DNA of 64,000 nucleotides from Alphaproteobacteria bacterium (lineage in GTDB: Bacteria; Pseudomonadota; Alphaproteobacteria; UBA828): the NCBI GenBank assembly GCA_965214705.1, contig CBDCCI010000001.1, forward strand, positions 416,001 to 480,000, given 5' to 3'. Below, one piece after another: positions 49,766 through 60,079 of the stretch. A program made the translations under genes and the position numbers. Every line of letters starts with the position of its first letter. Within the stretch, counting starts at the first letter, position 1. The notes under the pieces are model-generated. The model was not told where the DNA came from. It searched no databases and saw nothing but the letters and a program-made list of their open reading frames with translations.

Positions 49766-51160
49766 CTAGAACTGGCGCACGAAGCGAAGCTCGCCCCGCG
49801 TGCGCTCGTAGTCATAGAGCTGTGCGTTGGTCTTGCGGACCTCGTGAACCACCCCCACCGCCGGGCTGAAGCCGTAGAGTGTGATCCCACGGTTGTACAC
49901 CGACGCCCGCGCGCTCCACGTCCGGTCCTCGCGCGCCCCGTTGTCCGGCACGTACGGGTGCCACCCCGCCTCGAAGTCCGTCCAGCGATAGTCCCCGCCG
50001 CCGCTCACCGTGAAGCCCAGCGGCAGGAGCACCGAAACGCCCGCGCCAACGCGATACCTCTCATGGCGATCGCGCATCACCTCCGGGCGCTCGCGCCCAT
50101 ACCCCGCAGACACATCCGCCCGAACCGTGGGCGCGATCACCCAGGCGCCGCCCAGCGAAACATCCAGAGCCGGCCCGTCCCGGCTCGTCCCCGTCCGGTG
50201 GTGCCGGTCTTCCCAGCCGACCCGCCCGTTCACCGTCACCGCACGGTTGATCCGGTGCCCCACCTCGACGCGCCCGCCGAGGGCGTGTCGATCCTTCACC
50301 GTGCCGGCCCAGCGCTGGCTCGCGGTGGCCAGCACGCTCGCCTCCGTGCGCTCGCCCAGCAGCAGGCGAGGCCCGAGATGGACCGACGCGAAAACCTCGT
50401 CGAACCGCGATCCCTCGTGCTCCCGCCGCGAGAGATTGGCGCCGCTGCGCAGCCGCACCCGCTCGCTCAGCGGATACTGATACTCGGCGCCGCCCCACAC
50501 CGAGAGGCCTATGCCCGACGTGGTCAGCTCCTCGATGTCGCGCTCGAACGGCAAACCGAAGATATAGATGGTGCGCTCGTCCGAGCTGCCGCCGATATTG
50601 GTGTCGGGCGCGATGGCGGCGCCAAGGCTGAAGCTCCAGCGCCGCCGTGCCCTGATCCGGTTCAGGAAGTGTCGGACGTTGGCGGCCACCGCCTCAGGCG
50701 GGTCGCCGGCGAGCACCCGCTCGAAGTGGCGCTGCGACAGGCTGTCCTCGCCCTTGAGGAAGAAGGCGCGGGCCAGCTCCAGACGCACCCGCACGAGCGC
50801 GGGCCGATCGATCAGGATGACGCGGAAGGACGCGATGGCGAGGCTCAACAGAAGCTCCCGCCGCCCCTCCCGGAGATCGGGGTTCAGCGACGCCTGGGTC
50901 GCCGCCAGACCCAGCAGGAAGAGGACATCGGTGCGCCGGGGATGGTCGGGATAGTCCTGTGCCAGCGCATTCAGGATGGTCAACGCCTCCCCGAAGCGGC
51001 CTTCATCGACCAGCGCTTGCGCCGACGCCAAGCCCGGCAGCGCGGGTGCGGACTGTGCGGAGAACTCACCTGCCGCCTGCTCCGTGGCGCCCCAGGCCGG
51101 GAGGGCGAGCGACAGGCAAGCGGCAAACGCGAGGGCACGGCAAAGCGGGGCAAACATCAT
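49766..51160 (-). CDS. Slam / T11SS translocon, copy 2
   Basis: Paralogue of 14510-15880: RVRLELARAFFLKGED, APDTNIGG, identical C-terminus NAQLYDYERTRGELRFVRQF. Confidence 0.88.
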   Translation of the reverse strand: MMFAPLCRALAFAACLSLALPAWGATEQAAGEFSAQSAPALPGLASAQALVDEGRFGEALTILNALAQDYPDHPRRTDVLFLLGLAATQASLNPDLREGRRELLLSLAIASFRVILIDRPALVRVRLELARAFFLKGEDSLSQRHFERVLAGDPPEAVAANVRHFLNRIRARRRWSFSLGAAIAPDTNIGGSSDERTIYIFGLPFERDIEELTTSGIGLSVWGGAEYQYPLSERVRLRSGANLSRREHEGSRFDEVFASVHLGPRLLLGERTEASVLATASQRWAGTVKDRHALGGRVEVGHRINRAVTVNGRVGWEDRHHRTGTSRDGPALDVSLGGAWVIAPTVRADVSAGYGRERPEVMRDRHERYRVGAGVSVLLPLGFTVSGGGDYRWTDFEAGWHPYVPDNGAREDRTWSARASVYNRGITLYGFSPAVGVVHEVRKTNAQLYDYERTRGELRFVRQF

Positions 51161-51256
51161 CGCAGCAGGCCTCGGACGGAACTCAACAGAGAGAGAATGA
51201 GAAAGAAGAAGAGGGTGGCACATCCCGCCACCCTCTTCCGGAAGTCCGGACCTAAA

Positions 51257-51287
51257 GGATCGGGGTCTTACGAGGCGACCCCGATCC
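51257..51287 (-). terminator. Stem-loop between lipoprotein B and slam
   Basis: GGATCGGGGTC...GACCCCGATCC 11-bp stem, followed by TTT on the minus strand. Confidence 0.6.
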
Positions 51288-51298
51288 CGCCAATCCGG

Positions 51299-53872
51299 CT
51301 ACTGCTTCGTCGCACCGAATGCGCCGATCAGGCTGGCAGTGTCCGTTACCGCATCGAACATGCCCGCGACCGTGCCTGGCTGATCCTCGGCGGGGTCCGC
51401 GCCAGCATCGTAGAACGAGCCTCCCCACGACCCGACATCCGACTCGGTGGGGCCGCCGCCGAAGTCAACTTCACTCGTACCGCTGAAGGTGCCGTCCCCG
51501 TTTATGCCGGTATCTTCCAACATCACCTTCCAAGCAGCGGATGTTCCATCGCCCAGCGTGAAGTCCGTGATCGTCCCGTCGATGGTTCCGGTCGCGGCTT
51601 CATCGCCGAACTTCGCCACGAGACTGGCAGTCGCCGTGAAATCACCAACAGCGGCCTCCGTCTGCGCACCGGCGGTGAAAGTCTGCGTCTGATAGATGCC
51701 GGCCGCCGGACCCGAATAGGTCGCGGTGCCCTCAATGGTGTCGGCGACAGCAGCCACATGGGCGTCCGTGCCGGCCGCGAAGACCTCGACAGTGTGCGGA
51801 TCGTCGCTCTCCTTCGGCTCGTTCATCCACCAGCCGAAGTACGCGTAAGCGACATCCGGATCCTTGATCGTGGCCAAATTGGAGTCGGGCGTGAACCTCC
51901 AGTTCGCCGCCATAACCAAGTCGCCGTCGGCGTCGGTGGTCACCGTGCAAGTCGTGCCGCTAGTGCACTCATACGTACCAGACACACCGGCGAAGGTGCC
52001 GGCGAACGACTCCGGGTTGCCGGTGTCGCCGCCGTACGTCACCGACTGGCTTGCCCCCGAGGGGAAGTCCGCGGCCTGAGCCAGCTTGACCCGATCCGCA
52101 TCATTGAGGATGTCATCGCGAGCAGCCCGGTCATATAGATCCGTGAACGGCTTGTCCGCTGGCTCCTCGATGTCCGTATAGATTACTAGGGTGTGAGTGG
52201 ACTCATCGCCAGCGTCTTCCCTCGTCATCCTGACACTGTTCCAGTCGTCGTCACCGGCCGTGGTCTCGCCGCCATCGTAGTCGTCGTCATCATCGCCGTT
52301 CACGTCGACCGTTATCGTGCCGGCCACGTCGCGCTCCACCGACAATCCGTCAACACCGCTGCTATCGGGGAGCGTGTCGATGGTCCTGGCAGTGGAAGTC
52401 GCATAATCCCCAAGCCTGTTGGTTGAGATCGCCGTCTCAATCGCCCCACCTCTGGCAATCCGATCCGCGAGTGCCAAGGCCTCCAACTCTTCTTCCAACT
52501 CCTCCTCGATCTTGGCGAGCTCTTCCTCCGCGTCCTCGGCACGCTTGAGCGCTGCGGCAAGTTTCTCGTTGGCGTCCTCCAGAGCGTCCTCGGCCAACTT
52601 CTGCGCTTCTTGCGCTTCCATCTGGGCCTTTTCCGCCAACCCTCTGGCAACTTCGGCGTTATCCGCTTCTTCAATGGCCGCGTCACGCTCGGCCTCGGCC
52701 ACCGCCTGCGCGGCCTCCGCAACCTGTTGAGCCGCTTCCGCAGTGGTCTTGGCAGTGTTGGCCGCGTCACGCTCGGCCTCGGCCGCCATCTGCGCGGCCT
52801 CCGCAGCCGCTTGGGCCGCTTCCGCAGCCGCCTGGGCGGCCTCGGCGGCCTCCTGGGCAGCTTCCGCCTCTGCCTGGCCCGTCTCGGCCGCCGCCTGCGC
52901 AGCTTCCGCCTCTGCCTGAGCCTGCATTGCAGCCGCAGCGTCAGCCTCAGCCTGCATCGCACGCTGCTCGGCAGCCGCAGCCGCAGCTTCCGCAGCCGCC
53001 TTGTCAGCCTCGGCGGCCTCCTGGGCAGCGGCAGCAGCGGCCGCTGCTGCGTTGGCCGCATCACGCTCGGCCTCGGCCGTCGCCTGGGCCGCCGCCGCCG
53101 CACGCGCGGCGTCCTCCGCAGCCGCCCTGGCGGCCTCCGCGTCCATCCGAGCCTGCTCCGACACCGCCGCCGCGGCGTTGGCCGCGTCACGCTCGGCCTC
53201 GGCCGCCATCTGCGCGGCCTCCGCAGCCGCCTGGGCTGCTTCCGCAGCCGCCTGTGCCGCTTCCGCTTCGGCCTGAGCCTGAGCGGCAGCGGCCGCTGCC
53301 GCATTGGCCGCGTCACGCTCGCCCTCAGCCGCCATCTGCGCGGCCTCCGCAGCCTCTTCGGCCGCTTCGGCAAGCGCCTGTGCCGCTTCCGCAGCCGCCT
53401 GCGCCGCCTCAGCAGCCGCCTGCGCCGCTTCGGCCGTTGCCTTGGCCTCATCGGCAGCGGCCTTGGCAGTGTTGGCCGCGTCACGCTCGGCCTCGGCCGC
53501 CATCTGCGCGGCTTCCGCGGCCATCTGGGCGGCTAGGGCCGCGTCCCTCGCGGCGATCGCATCGAGGGCCACCAGCGCTTCCACGAGCGCTTGGGCATCG
53601 TCGACGGCCTGTTGCGCAGCCGCCTTATCGTCGTCGCTGGCATCGTCCGGCAACTCCTCGAGCGCCGTCTGGGCTTCATCGAGGGCGGCCTCGGCTTCCG
53701 CAATCGCCTCTGCCAGCGCTGCGGCGTACTCTTGTGCCTCTTTCTCGAGTTGTTCCGCCTGTTCGTCAAGTGTTGGGGTGCCGTCGCCGCCGGAACAGCC
53801 GTACATGACGGCCGAGAGCGCAACGATCGAGCACGCCGCCAGCAAACTGCGAGTCAGTTTCGACTTTTTCAT
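51299..53872 (-). CDS. Surface lipoprotein B (long Ala/Glu coiled-coil stalk plus TbpB-like barrel)
   Basis: MKKSKLTRSLLAACSIVALSAVMYG-CSGG; repeated AEAAQMAAEAERDAAN; C-terminus GTATYSGPAAGIY...GSWGGSFY...LIGAFGATKQ; directly upstream of slam. Confidence 0.88.
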   Translation of the reverse strand: MKKSKLTRSLLAACSIVALSAVMYGCSGGDGTPTLDEQAEQLEKEAQEYAAALAEAIAEAEAALDEAQTALEELPDDASDDDKAAAQQAVDDAQALVEALVALDAIAARDAALAAQMAAEAAQMAAEAERDAANTAKAAADEAKATAEAAQAAAEAAQAAAEAAQALAEAAEEAAEAAQMAAEGERDAANAAAAAAAQAQAEAEAAQAAAEAAQAAAEAAQMAAEAERDAANAAAAVSEQARMDAEAARAAAEDAARAAAAAQATAEAERDAANAAAAAAAAAQEAAEADKAAAEAAAAAAEQRAMQAEADAAAAMQAQAEAEAAQAAAETGQAEAEAAQEAAEAAQAAAEAAQAAAEAAQMAAEAERDAANTAKTTAEAAQQVAEAAQAVAEAERDAAIEEADNAEVARGLAEKAQMEAQEAQKLAEDALEDANEKLAAALKRAEDAEEELAKIEEELEEELEALALADRIARGGAIETAISTNRLGDYATSTARTIDTLPDSSGVDGLSVERDVAGTITVDVNGDDDDDYDGGETTAGDDDWNSVRMTREDAGDESTHTLVIYTDIEEPADKPFTDLYDRAARDDILNDADRVKLAQAADFPSGASQSVTYGGDTGNPESFAGTFAGVSGTYECTSGTTCTVTTDADGDLVMAANWRFTPDSNLATIKDPDVAYAYFGWWMNEPKESDDPHTVEVFAAGTDAHVAAVADTIEGTATYSGPAAGIYQTQTFTAGAQTEAAVGDFTATASLVAKFGDEAATGTIDGTITDFTLGDGTSAAWKVMLEDTGINGDGTFSGTSEVDFGGGPTESDVGSWGGSFYDAGADPAEDQPGTVAGMFDAVTDTASLIGAFGATKQ

Positions 53873-54235
53873 GGCCTCAAGGCTCTCCTTTTGCGAAGAG
53901 GCCTCGGCGAGGCCTCGCTGGGTTAAACATTGCAGCCGTCAACGTACATGACGACTCGGGCAGTGTCCATAGTCGGGAATTCCACCACACCATTTCCCGC
54001 TTGTCCACCTCGGGGTGGCCCCTGCCCAAGCGGGCCGTCCCAACGGCCCCTCACGGCGGTGAACCATGGAACGCTCCCAAACCCGTCCGGGGCCTCCGCC
54101 CCCCGTCGCTGCGGCCCTCCTGCACATCCTCGCGACATCCTCCATGCCGTCCGGCGCGCCGTCCCTAACCACGCCATATTTCAAGCGCCTTTGCAAGCGC
54201 CAAATCTGCAACGCAGCACGAAACTCGATACGCCC

Positions 54236-55737
54236 GAGCCACTTGCAAAACTCCCAGGCGCGGTCTGCTTTTCCCGAGAGCCCGGCGTGAGGACATTGAC
54301 GGTCGGAACGTAACATGAACTTCGGGACGAGCGGACGTCGCTGGCTGCCGCCGGGGCGCCGATTCGCCGCAAACCGATGCCCATGCGGGCGCATTTTGGA
54401 CCCGCCGTCGCGATGCGGACATGGCTTTTTGCGCCTCCGCGGAGGGAGGCGTGCCGGCGTGACAGCGACGGAGGCGCCGCTCAGGCCAGGAGGCGCATCA
54501 GCTGGTCGACCGTCAGCACCAGGATGCCGAACATCAGGTGGCAATGAACCTTGGCATGGCCGCGCACGCGGACATGGCGGCCCCCGCAGTTGTCCTTCAG
54601 CCCACCGTTGATGCGCTCGATGTTCGAGCGCTCGTTGTAGCGCTCGTCCGCCGGGTGGCGGTGACCGACGCCTCTCTGCGCCCTGGCCTCGCGCGCCAGC
54701 TCCTCCTTGTACTCCTTGTCGCGAGGGTTGACGTCGATGATCGGGACGTGGCCCAGCAGGTAGCTGTGCCAGCCGATCTCGGGCGCGTCATAGGCTGAGT
54801 CCATGAGGTCGTACAGATTGGTGACGCGGTCGGCGGTCATACTCGCCAGCGGGATCGCGGCCTGGCTGTCGTGCAGCGAGGCGGACGTCAGGATGCAACT
54901 GATCGGAATGCCGCCATCGGCGGCGTCGATGTGCAGCTTGTAACCGATCCACGATGTGGTATGGCCCCTGGCGTTGCGCTTGGTGCCGACGTCGCAGGCT
55001 TTCGGCAGGTCGTCGAGCATCTGGGGCAAGCTCATCGTGAGCTGGCGTTTCACGCGGCGCTCCTCCTTGGGCCGCTCCTCGCCCTTGCGCGGGCGGCCGC
55101 GCTTGCGCTTCGGCTTCTCCGCCTTGGGCTTGGGCTGAGGCTTCTCGCGCGCCTCGATCGCCGTCGAGTCGCGCGAGACGTGCCCGACCAGATGGTCTCC
55201 GAGGGTCTGCTTGATCAGCGCCTCATGCACGCGAGCGGGCAACGCACTCTCGGAGAACTCCGCAAACGCCCGCGAAAACGTCGCCTCGCTCGGGATCTCT
55301 GCGGCATAGGTCCAGCCGCAGAGACGGCGTAGCGTCTTGTCGTTCTCAAGGCGCTCGATCAGGGCGCGCGTCGTGGGTACGTCGAACACCGCCTTGGCGA
55401 TGAAGGCGCGGGCCAAGGCCGCCCGATCCTCGACCGGCCGACCGGGCAGGCCATGGAAATGGGGAAGGAAGCTCTCGACCCGCGCAAGCTCAAGCACGGT
55501 GACGAAGCGCCGGTACCTCTCGCCGAGCGGCCCGAGCTCCTCCTCAAGCCACGGGAAAAGATCCGCTTGAATGTGATGCCAGAATCCGGATAGTGTCTGT
55601 CCCAGCGACATGGGGCCGCCCTCTCCGTCGACGTTGTCCGAAACCCGACAGGAACAGAGAGCGGTCCCGATTTCCAGGACAATCTGACCGCCACGGCGGC
55701 AAAATCCCGCTCAAATGCGGAATTTTGCAAGTGGCTC
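54236..55737 (-). mobile_element. IS5/IS1182-like element, copy 2 (1502 bp)
   Basis: Same TIR and length as 16634-18135; TSD GCCC. Confidence 0.92.
54481..55611 (-). CDS. DDE transposase (same protein as 16879-18009)
   Basis: Identical translated ORF. Confidence 0.9.
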   Translation of the reverse strand: MSLGQTLSGFWHHIQADLFPWLEEELGPLGERYRRFVTVLELARVESFLPHFHGLPGRPVEDRAALARAFIAKAVFDVPTTRALIERLENDKTLRRLCGWTYAAEIPSEATFSRAFAEFSESALPARVHEALIKQTLGDHLVGHVSRDSTAIEAREKPQPKPKAEKPKRKRGRPRKGEERPKEERRVKRQLTMSLPQMLDDLPKACDVGTKRNARGHTTSWIGYKLHIDAADGGIPISCILTSASLHDSQAAIPLASMTADRVTNLYDLMDSAYDAPEIGWHSYLLGHVPIIDVNPRDKEYKEELAREARAQRGVGHRHPADERYNERSNIERINGGLKDNCGGRHVRVRGHAKVHCHLMFGILVLTVDQLMRLLA

Positions 55738-56139
55738 GCCCGCACTCTCCCGCCGACCGCTGCTTCAGGACCGGCCCGCAAGGGCGCTGCCCAGCCGGGA
55801 GGCCGAGCCCCCAACCATCCCGTTCCCGCAAGAGCCGGCACCGTCTTTCGCCGAGTTGCGCGACGAGGCCAAGGTGCGGCGGGGCCGGTCGTGAGTGGCG
55901 GAGTCGCCCGGTCCCCGCGGCTTGGCTCGTACGATGTTCGGCACCTCGCCCATCCGCGCCAATGCGAGCTGGGGGCGTCTTGCCGGTCGTCTCGCCGACG
56001 CAGTGATGACGGAAATTACGGCGAGCCCGAGGGCGCGGCGGAAAAGACCAGGCGAGAGGGCGCAGGCTTTCAGCGGGGACCTGCGGGGCGATGAGGCCGT
56101 CCAATGGCGTTCGGCGCCGCCCTGGGCTATCGTCGCATC

Positions 56140-56388
56140 ATGCCGAGCGCGACATTCGACACTCACGAGGCGGTCAAGGCGCTCTCCGAAGCCGGTCTGA
56201 ATGAGCGTCAGGCCGAGGCGATCACGGCGACCGTGCGCGATGCCGTCACCGAAGGCGTGGCGACCAAAGCCGATATCGCCGACGTGCGAGCCGACCTTGC
56301 CGCCCTCGAGGCGCGCCTGACGTGGCGCATCGTCACGATTGCGGTAGCCGTAGCCGGCATGGCGATCGCCGTTCTCAAGCTGCTGTAG
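56140..56388 (+). CDS. DUF1640/CCDC90-like protein, copy 2
   Basis: Identical to 28859-29107. Confidence 0.75.
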   Translation: MPSATFDTHEAVKALSEAGLNERQAEAITATVRDAVTEGVATKADIADVRADLAALEARLTWRIVTIAVAVAGMAIAVLKLL

Positions 56389-56762
56389 CGTCGCACCTTG
56401 CGATCGCCGCTCTCCACGCGCTCACCGCCTCGCCGGCGGCGGCAATAGACCGATGCAGTCAGGTGTCCGTATCCCCGTAGAGAAGCACGTCATGTCAGCA
56501 GGCAAGGGGGGGGCCGCATCGGTTCGCAGACCGCGTTCGTGCCCATGAAGATCGTCGCCGCCCGATCAATGGAACTCCGGCAGAGGCCGCATCGGTCCGC
56601 GCTCGGGAAGTTCGAGCTCGACGCCGCCGAAGGCGGCGGAGCGGCCGTTGCCGGCGGCGCGCGCACACACCCAGCCCAAGCAATCGGCCCGTCGTCGTTT
56701 TCGATCGTGATGCTCGCCATGAATTCTCGCGCGTTGCGCGGTCCGGGGCAGCCCCGCCGCGC

Positions 56763-57920
56763 TCAGGGCAGGATGTCCTTGCCGATGCTGGCCGCCACGA
56801 GGGCCGCCGATTCCTTCACCGAGTCGCGTGCCAGGTGGGCATAGCGTGCGGTGGTCTGGATTTTCTTGTGGCCGAGTAGCTTGCCGATCATCGTGAGGTC
56901 CTCGCCCAGCGCCAGTGCTCGCGAGGCAAAGCTGTGCCGAAGGTCGTGAAGCCTGACGTCGTCCAACCCGGCGCGCTCCCTGACCCGGTACCAGTAGTCC
57001 GCGATGTGCGTCTGCCGCGCGCCCGGCTCGCGGCCCGCGATGACCCACGGATTGTCAGGGGGGCGGGGAATGGCCGCGAGCACCCGCGCCGCCGCCGGCG
57101 ACAGCGGAACGATGCGAGGGCCGGTCTTGCTGTCGGCCAGCCGGATCTCGTTCCGCTCCAGCGCCACGTCCTCCCACCGAAGCGTCAGCACCTCGCCGCA
57201 GCGGCACCCCGTCAGCATCAGAAGCCGGAGCGCTGCCGCCGCATGAACAGGAAGACGGCCCCCGGCCTCCAGCTCGTCCAGGGCGTGCCCAAGGCGTCCG
57301 AACTCATCCTCCGTCAGGAAGCGCTCCGGCCGCCGCGTCCGGTACGGCGTCACGAAGCGGCAGGGATTGCTCCCCGCCGGAACCAGTCCCCACGCCTCGG
57401 CACGGTTCAGCATCCGCGACAGAGCGCCCACCGTGTCGTTCGCCGCAACCGGCGTCTTGCGCAGACGGTAGTGAAGCTCGGCAACGTGCTCGCGGCCGAC
57501 GGCGGCGATCGGCAGCTTGCCGAGAGCGGGCAGGATGTGCCCGACGATCATCTGGCGGTAGCCCTTGACCGTGAGCGGCTTGCAGCGGACCTCGACGTGC
57601 TCGCGCAGATACCTCTCGGCGAGCTCGGCCACCGTCGGCCCCTTCCCGTATCCCGGCTCCTTGCCCGCCTTGATGCGGATCAGGAGCGCGGCCCCCCGGC
57701 GCCGCGCCTCGTCCGCCGGGATCGTGCCGTGCCGGCCAATCGTGATCCGCTTCGACCCGCGCGGACCACGGCCCTGCACCAGATACGTCTTCGCGCCGTT
57801 GGGATAGACCCGAACGCCGAACCCCGGCAAGTCCCGGTCCCAGCAGATGATCTCCTTGTCCCCGGCGGTCAGGCCGTCGACCACGCGGTTCGACAGCGAC
57901 CTCCGCTCCAGTCTCGCCAT
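56763..57920 (-). CDS. Tyrosine integrase int2, copy 2
   Basis: Identical protein to 27327-28484. Confidence 0.93.
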   Translation of the reverse strand: MARLERRSLSNRVVDGLTAGDKEIICWDRDLPGFGVRVYPNGAKTYLVQGRGPRGSKRITIGRHGTIPADEARRRGAALLIRIKAGKEPGYGKGPTVAELAERYLREHVEVRCKPLTVKGYRQMIVGHILPALGKLPIAAVGREHVAELHYRLRKTPVAANDTVGALSRMLNRAEAWGLVPAGSNPCRFVTPYRTRRPERFLTEDEFGRLGHALDELEAGGRLPVHAAAALRLLMLTGCRCGEVLTLRWEDVALERNEIRLADSKTGPRIVPLSPAAARVLAAIPRPPDNPWVIAGREPGARQTHIADYWYRVRERAGLDDVRLHDLRHSFASRALALGEDLTMIGKLLGHKKIQTTARYAHLARDSVKESAALVAASIGKDILP

Positions 57921-57935
57921 GCCGCAATCCCCTCC

Positions 57936-59156
57936 CTAAGCCGGCGTGACCGGCGAGGATTCCTGCCCGCCGGCATGGGCGGCGGTCTCCGCCCGCAGGA
58001 TGTCGGCTTCGATGCTGTCGCCCACACGGGCGACCGCGATCTTCTCCGCGTCCCGCGAGAGATGGGCGTAGCGGGCGGTGCTGCCGATGTCCGTGTGGCC
58101 GAGAAGCCGCCCGATCATCGGAAGCGCCAGGCCCAGCGCCAGAGCCCGCGAGGCGTAGCTGTGCCGCAAGTCGTGGATCCGCACGTCTTCGGCCTCGGCA
58201 CGCTCCCGCACACGATGCCAGAAGGACGCGAGCTGGAACAGGTGACGATCCGGCCGGCTGCCCGGGAACACCCAGGGGCTTCGCCTGACTCGCACGATCC
58301 CCGCCAGCAGCTGTGAGGCCGTAGGCGTCAGCGGCACCATCCGCGCTCCCGTCTTCGCATCGCGCAGGCGAAACTCCCCGGACTTGCGGTCGATGTCGCT
58401 CCACCTCAGCGTCAGCACCTCCCCCACGCGGCATCCCGTCAGCATGATCAGCCGCAGCGCCGCCGCAGCCCGCGCCTGCACCGGGCCCTCCGCCTCCAGC
58501 GCGCACAGCGCCCGGCCAACCCGCCGGTACTCCTCCTCGCTCAGAAAGCGCTCGCGACGGCCCTCCCTGTAGCGCAATACGAACCGGCACGGGTTGCCAC
58601 TTGCCGGCGCCATTCCCCAAGCCTCCGCCAGCGAGAACATCTTGGAGAGAACCATCAGCGCCCGGTTCGCGGCACGGGGCGTCTCCCGCAGGCGGTAGTG
58701 AAACGCTGCAACCTCCTCCCGGCCGACGGAGGCCACCGCCATCGCGCCGAACGCGGGCAGGATGTGGTTCCTCAGCGAGCCCGCGTAGATCCCCTGGGTG
58801 TGCGCGTTGCAGCGCACCTCGACATGGGCCTCCATGTAGCGCTCGGCCAGGTCGGCGACGGTGAGCGCGCGCTCGAGCGGCCTCGCCTCGGGGTCCTCGC
58901 CCCGCTTGATGCGGGCGACGGCGGCGGCGGCATGCTTGCGTGCCTGCTCGGCGGTGATCTCCCCGTGGCGGCCCAATGACAGGCGTCTGATGCCGTTCGG
59001 CCCCCGGCTCTGGGCCACGTATGTCTTGGAGCCCGAGGGGTAGACCCTCACGCCGAAGCCCGGGAGCTCCCGGTCCCAGAAGACCGTCTCCTTGCCCTCG
59101 GCGGAAAGCCCGTCGACGGATTGCTTCGAGATGGTCAGCTCGCCTCGCTTTGGCAT
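57936..59156 (-). CDS. Tyrosine integrase int1, copy 2 (ORF intact, cut off from its upstream region by an IS)
   Basis: MPKRGELTIS...; TGCRVGE, DAKTG, HDLRHS, LGHT, ARYAH; the ATG lies inside the TSD GCATCGTG. Confidence 0.92.
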   Translation of the reverse strand: MPKRGELTISKQSVDGLSAEGKETVFWDRELPGFGVRVYPSGSKTYVAQSRGPNGIRRLSLGRHGEITAEQARKHAAAAVARIKRGEDPEARPLERALTVADLAERYMEAHVEVRCNAHTQGIYAGSLRNHILPAFGAMAVASVGREEVAAFHYRLRETPRAANRALMVLSKMFSLAEAWGMAPASGNPCRFVLRYREGRRERFLSEEEYRRVGRALCALEAEGPVQARAAAALRLIMLTGCRVGEVLTLRWSDIDRKSGEFRLRDAKTGARMVPLTPTASQLLAGIVRVRRSPWVFPGSRPDRHLFQLASFWHRVRERAEAEDVRIHDLRHSYASRALALGLALPMIGRLLGHTDIGSTARYAHLSRDAEKIAVARVGDSIEADILRAETAAHAGGQESSPVTPA

Positions 59157-59197
59157 CGTGGTAAGCCTTCGGTTGTCTGGTGATGGGTGCGATGGAT

Positions 59198-60079
59198 TCA
59201 ACGATTGAGCGTTCGTCTCCAGTCACGTCTGAGGGGCCTGAGCCAGATGTCCTTCCTGGGCTTGGCCCGCTCCATATGTGTGTCGTAGCGCCCGCGCCCC
59301 TGGGTGATGCCGACATGGATCCAGCCCGAGGCCTTGTAGACGGCGCCGGTGTAGCGCGGGGTCTCGACGAAGGTCTCGATCAGCACGGGCGTGGTGTTGT
59401 AGCGCTCGGTCCAATCCTCAGGCAGGCGGCGGCGGACGATGGCAAGGATGTGCGAGCCGAGGTTGGGGACTTCGATCCAGGGCAGGATGAGGAAGCGCGG
59501 GTTGTCGACCACCAGGGGGAGGTTCTTCTCGCGCAACTCGGGCGTCCATCCGATGAATGTGTCGCGCGGGGCGAGCTTCCACGCGGCGGTGGAGAAGCCG
59601 AGCATGGCGAGCGGCCAGCCGTTTCGGTCGTGGACGGCGTAGCGCATCTGGGCGCCGACCAGGGTCTTGTAGCCGAGGTAGTGGTAGCGGGCGACGAACT
59701 CGTTCCAGAGCCTGCCCTCGCGGGTATTGCGCACGACGATGCGGAAGTCGAGCGGTCGGACCTCGTCCAGGCTCGTCGGGGCCGGGAACAGCGGCGGCTC
59801 GGTGTCCGGTCCGAAGACGATGGGCTTCGGCCCGCCGGTGCGCCGCTTCGGCGGCGGCAGGACGATCACGCCGTCGCGGTGCATGGCGAGCATGGCGACC
59901 TTCGCCATCATGTCCTTGAGCCCGCCGTCGGGCTTGTACCAGCCGATGCGCCGGCAGAACTCGCGTGCCAGGGCGGCACGGGACGTCTGTGGATCGGCGG
60001 CGATCAGGGCGCGCAGCAGCGCCATCTCTTCAACGGTGAAGTCGCGGCCGTAGTAGCGGCACTCGATCCGGCCGGTCAT
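59198..60079 (-). CDS. DUF4338 (DruA-like) protein
   Basis: MTGRIECRYYGRDF..., same motifs as 32191-33177; ATGA overlap with the transposase stop. Confidence 0.85.
   Translation of the reverse strand: MTGRIECRYYGRDFTVEEMALLRALIAADPQTSRAALAREFCRRIGWYKPDGGLKDMMAKVAMLAMHRDGVIVLPPPKRRTGGPKPIVFGPDTEPPLFPAPTSLDEVRPLDFRIVVRNTREGRLWNEFVARYHYLGYKTLVGAQMRYAVHDRNGWPLAMLGFSTAAWKLAPRDTFIGWTPELREKNLPLVVDNPRFLILPWIEVPNLGSHILAIVRRRLPEDWTERYNTTPVLIETFVETPRYTGAVYKASGWIHVGITQGRGRYDTHMERAKPRKDIWLRPLRRDWRRTLNR

Noticed and set aside
53795-53872. LAAC (Cys14) as the lipobox
   Set aside because: The hydrophobic region before it is too short; (A/M)YG-C26 followed by Ser/Gly fits better.
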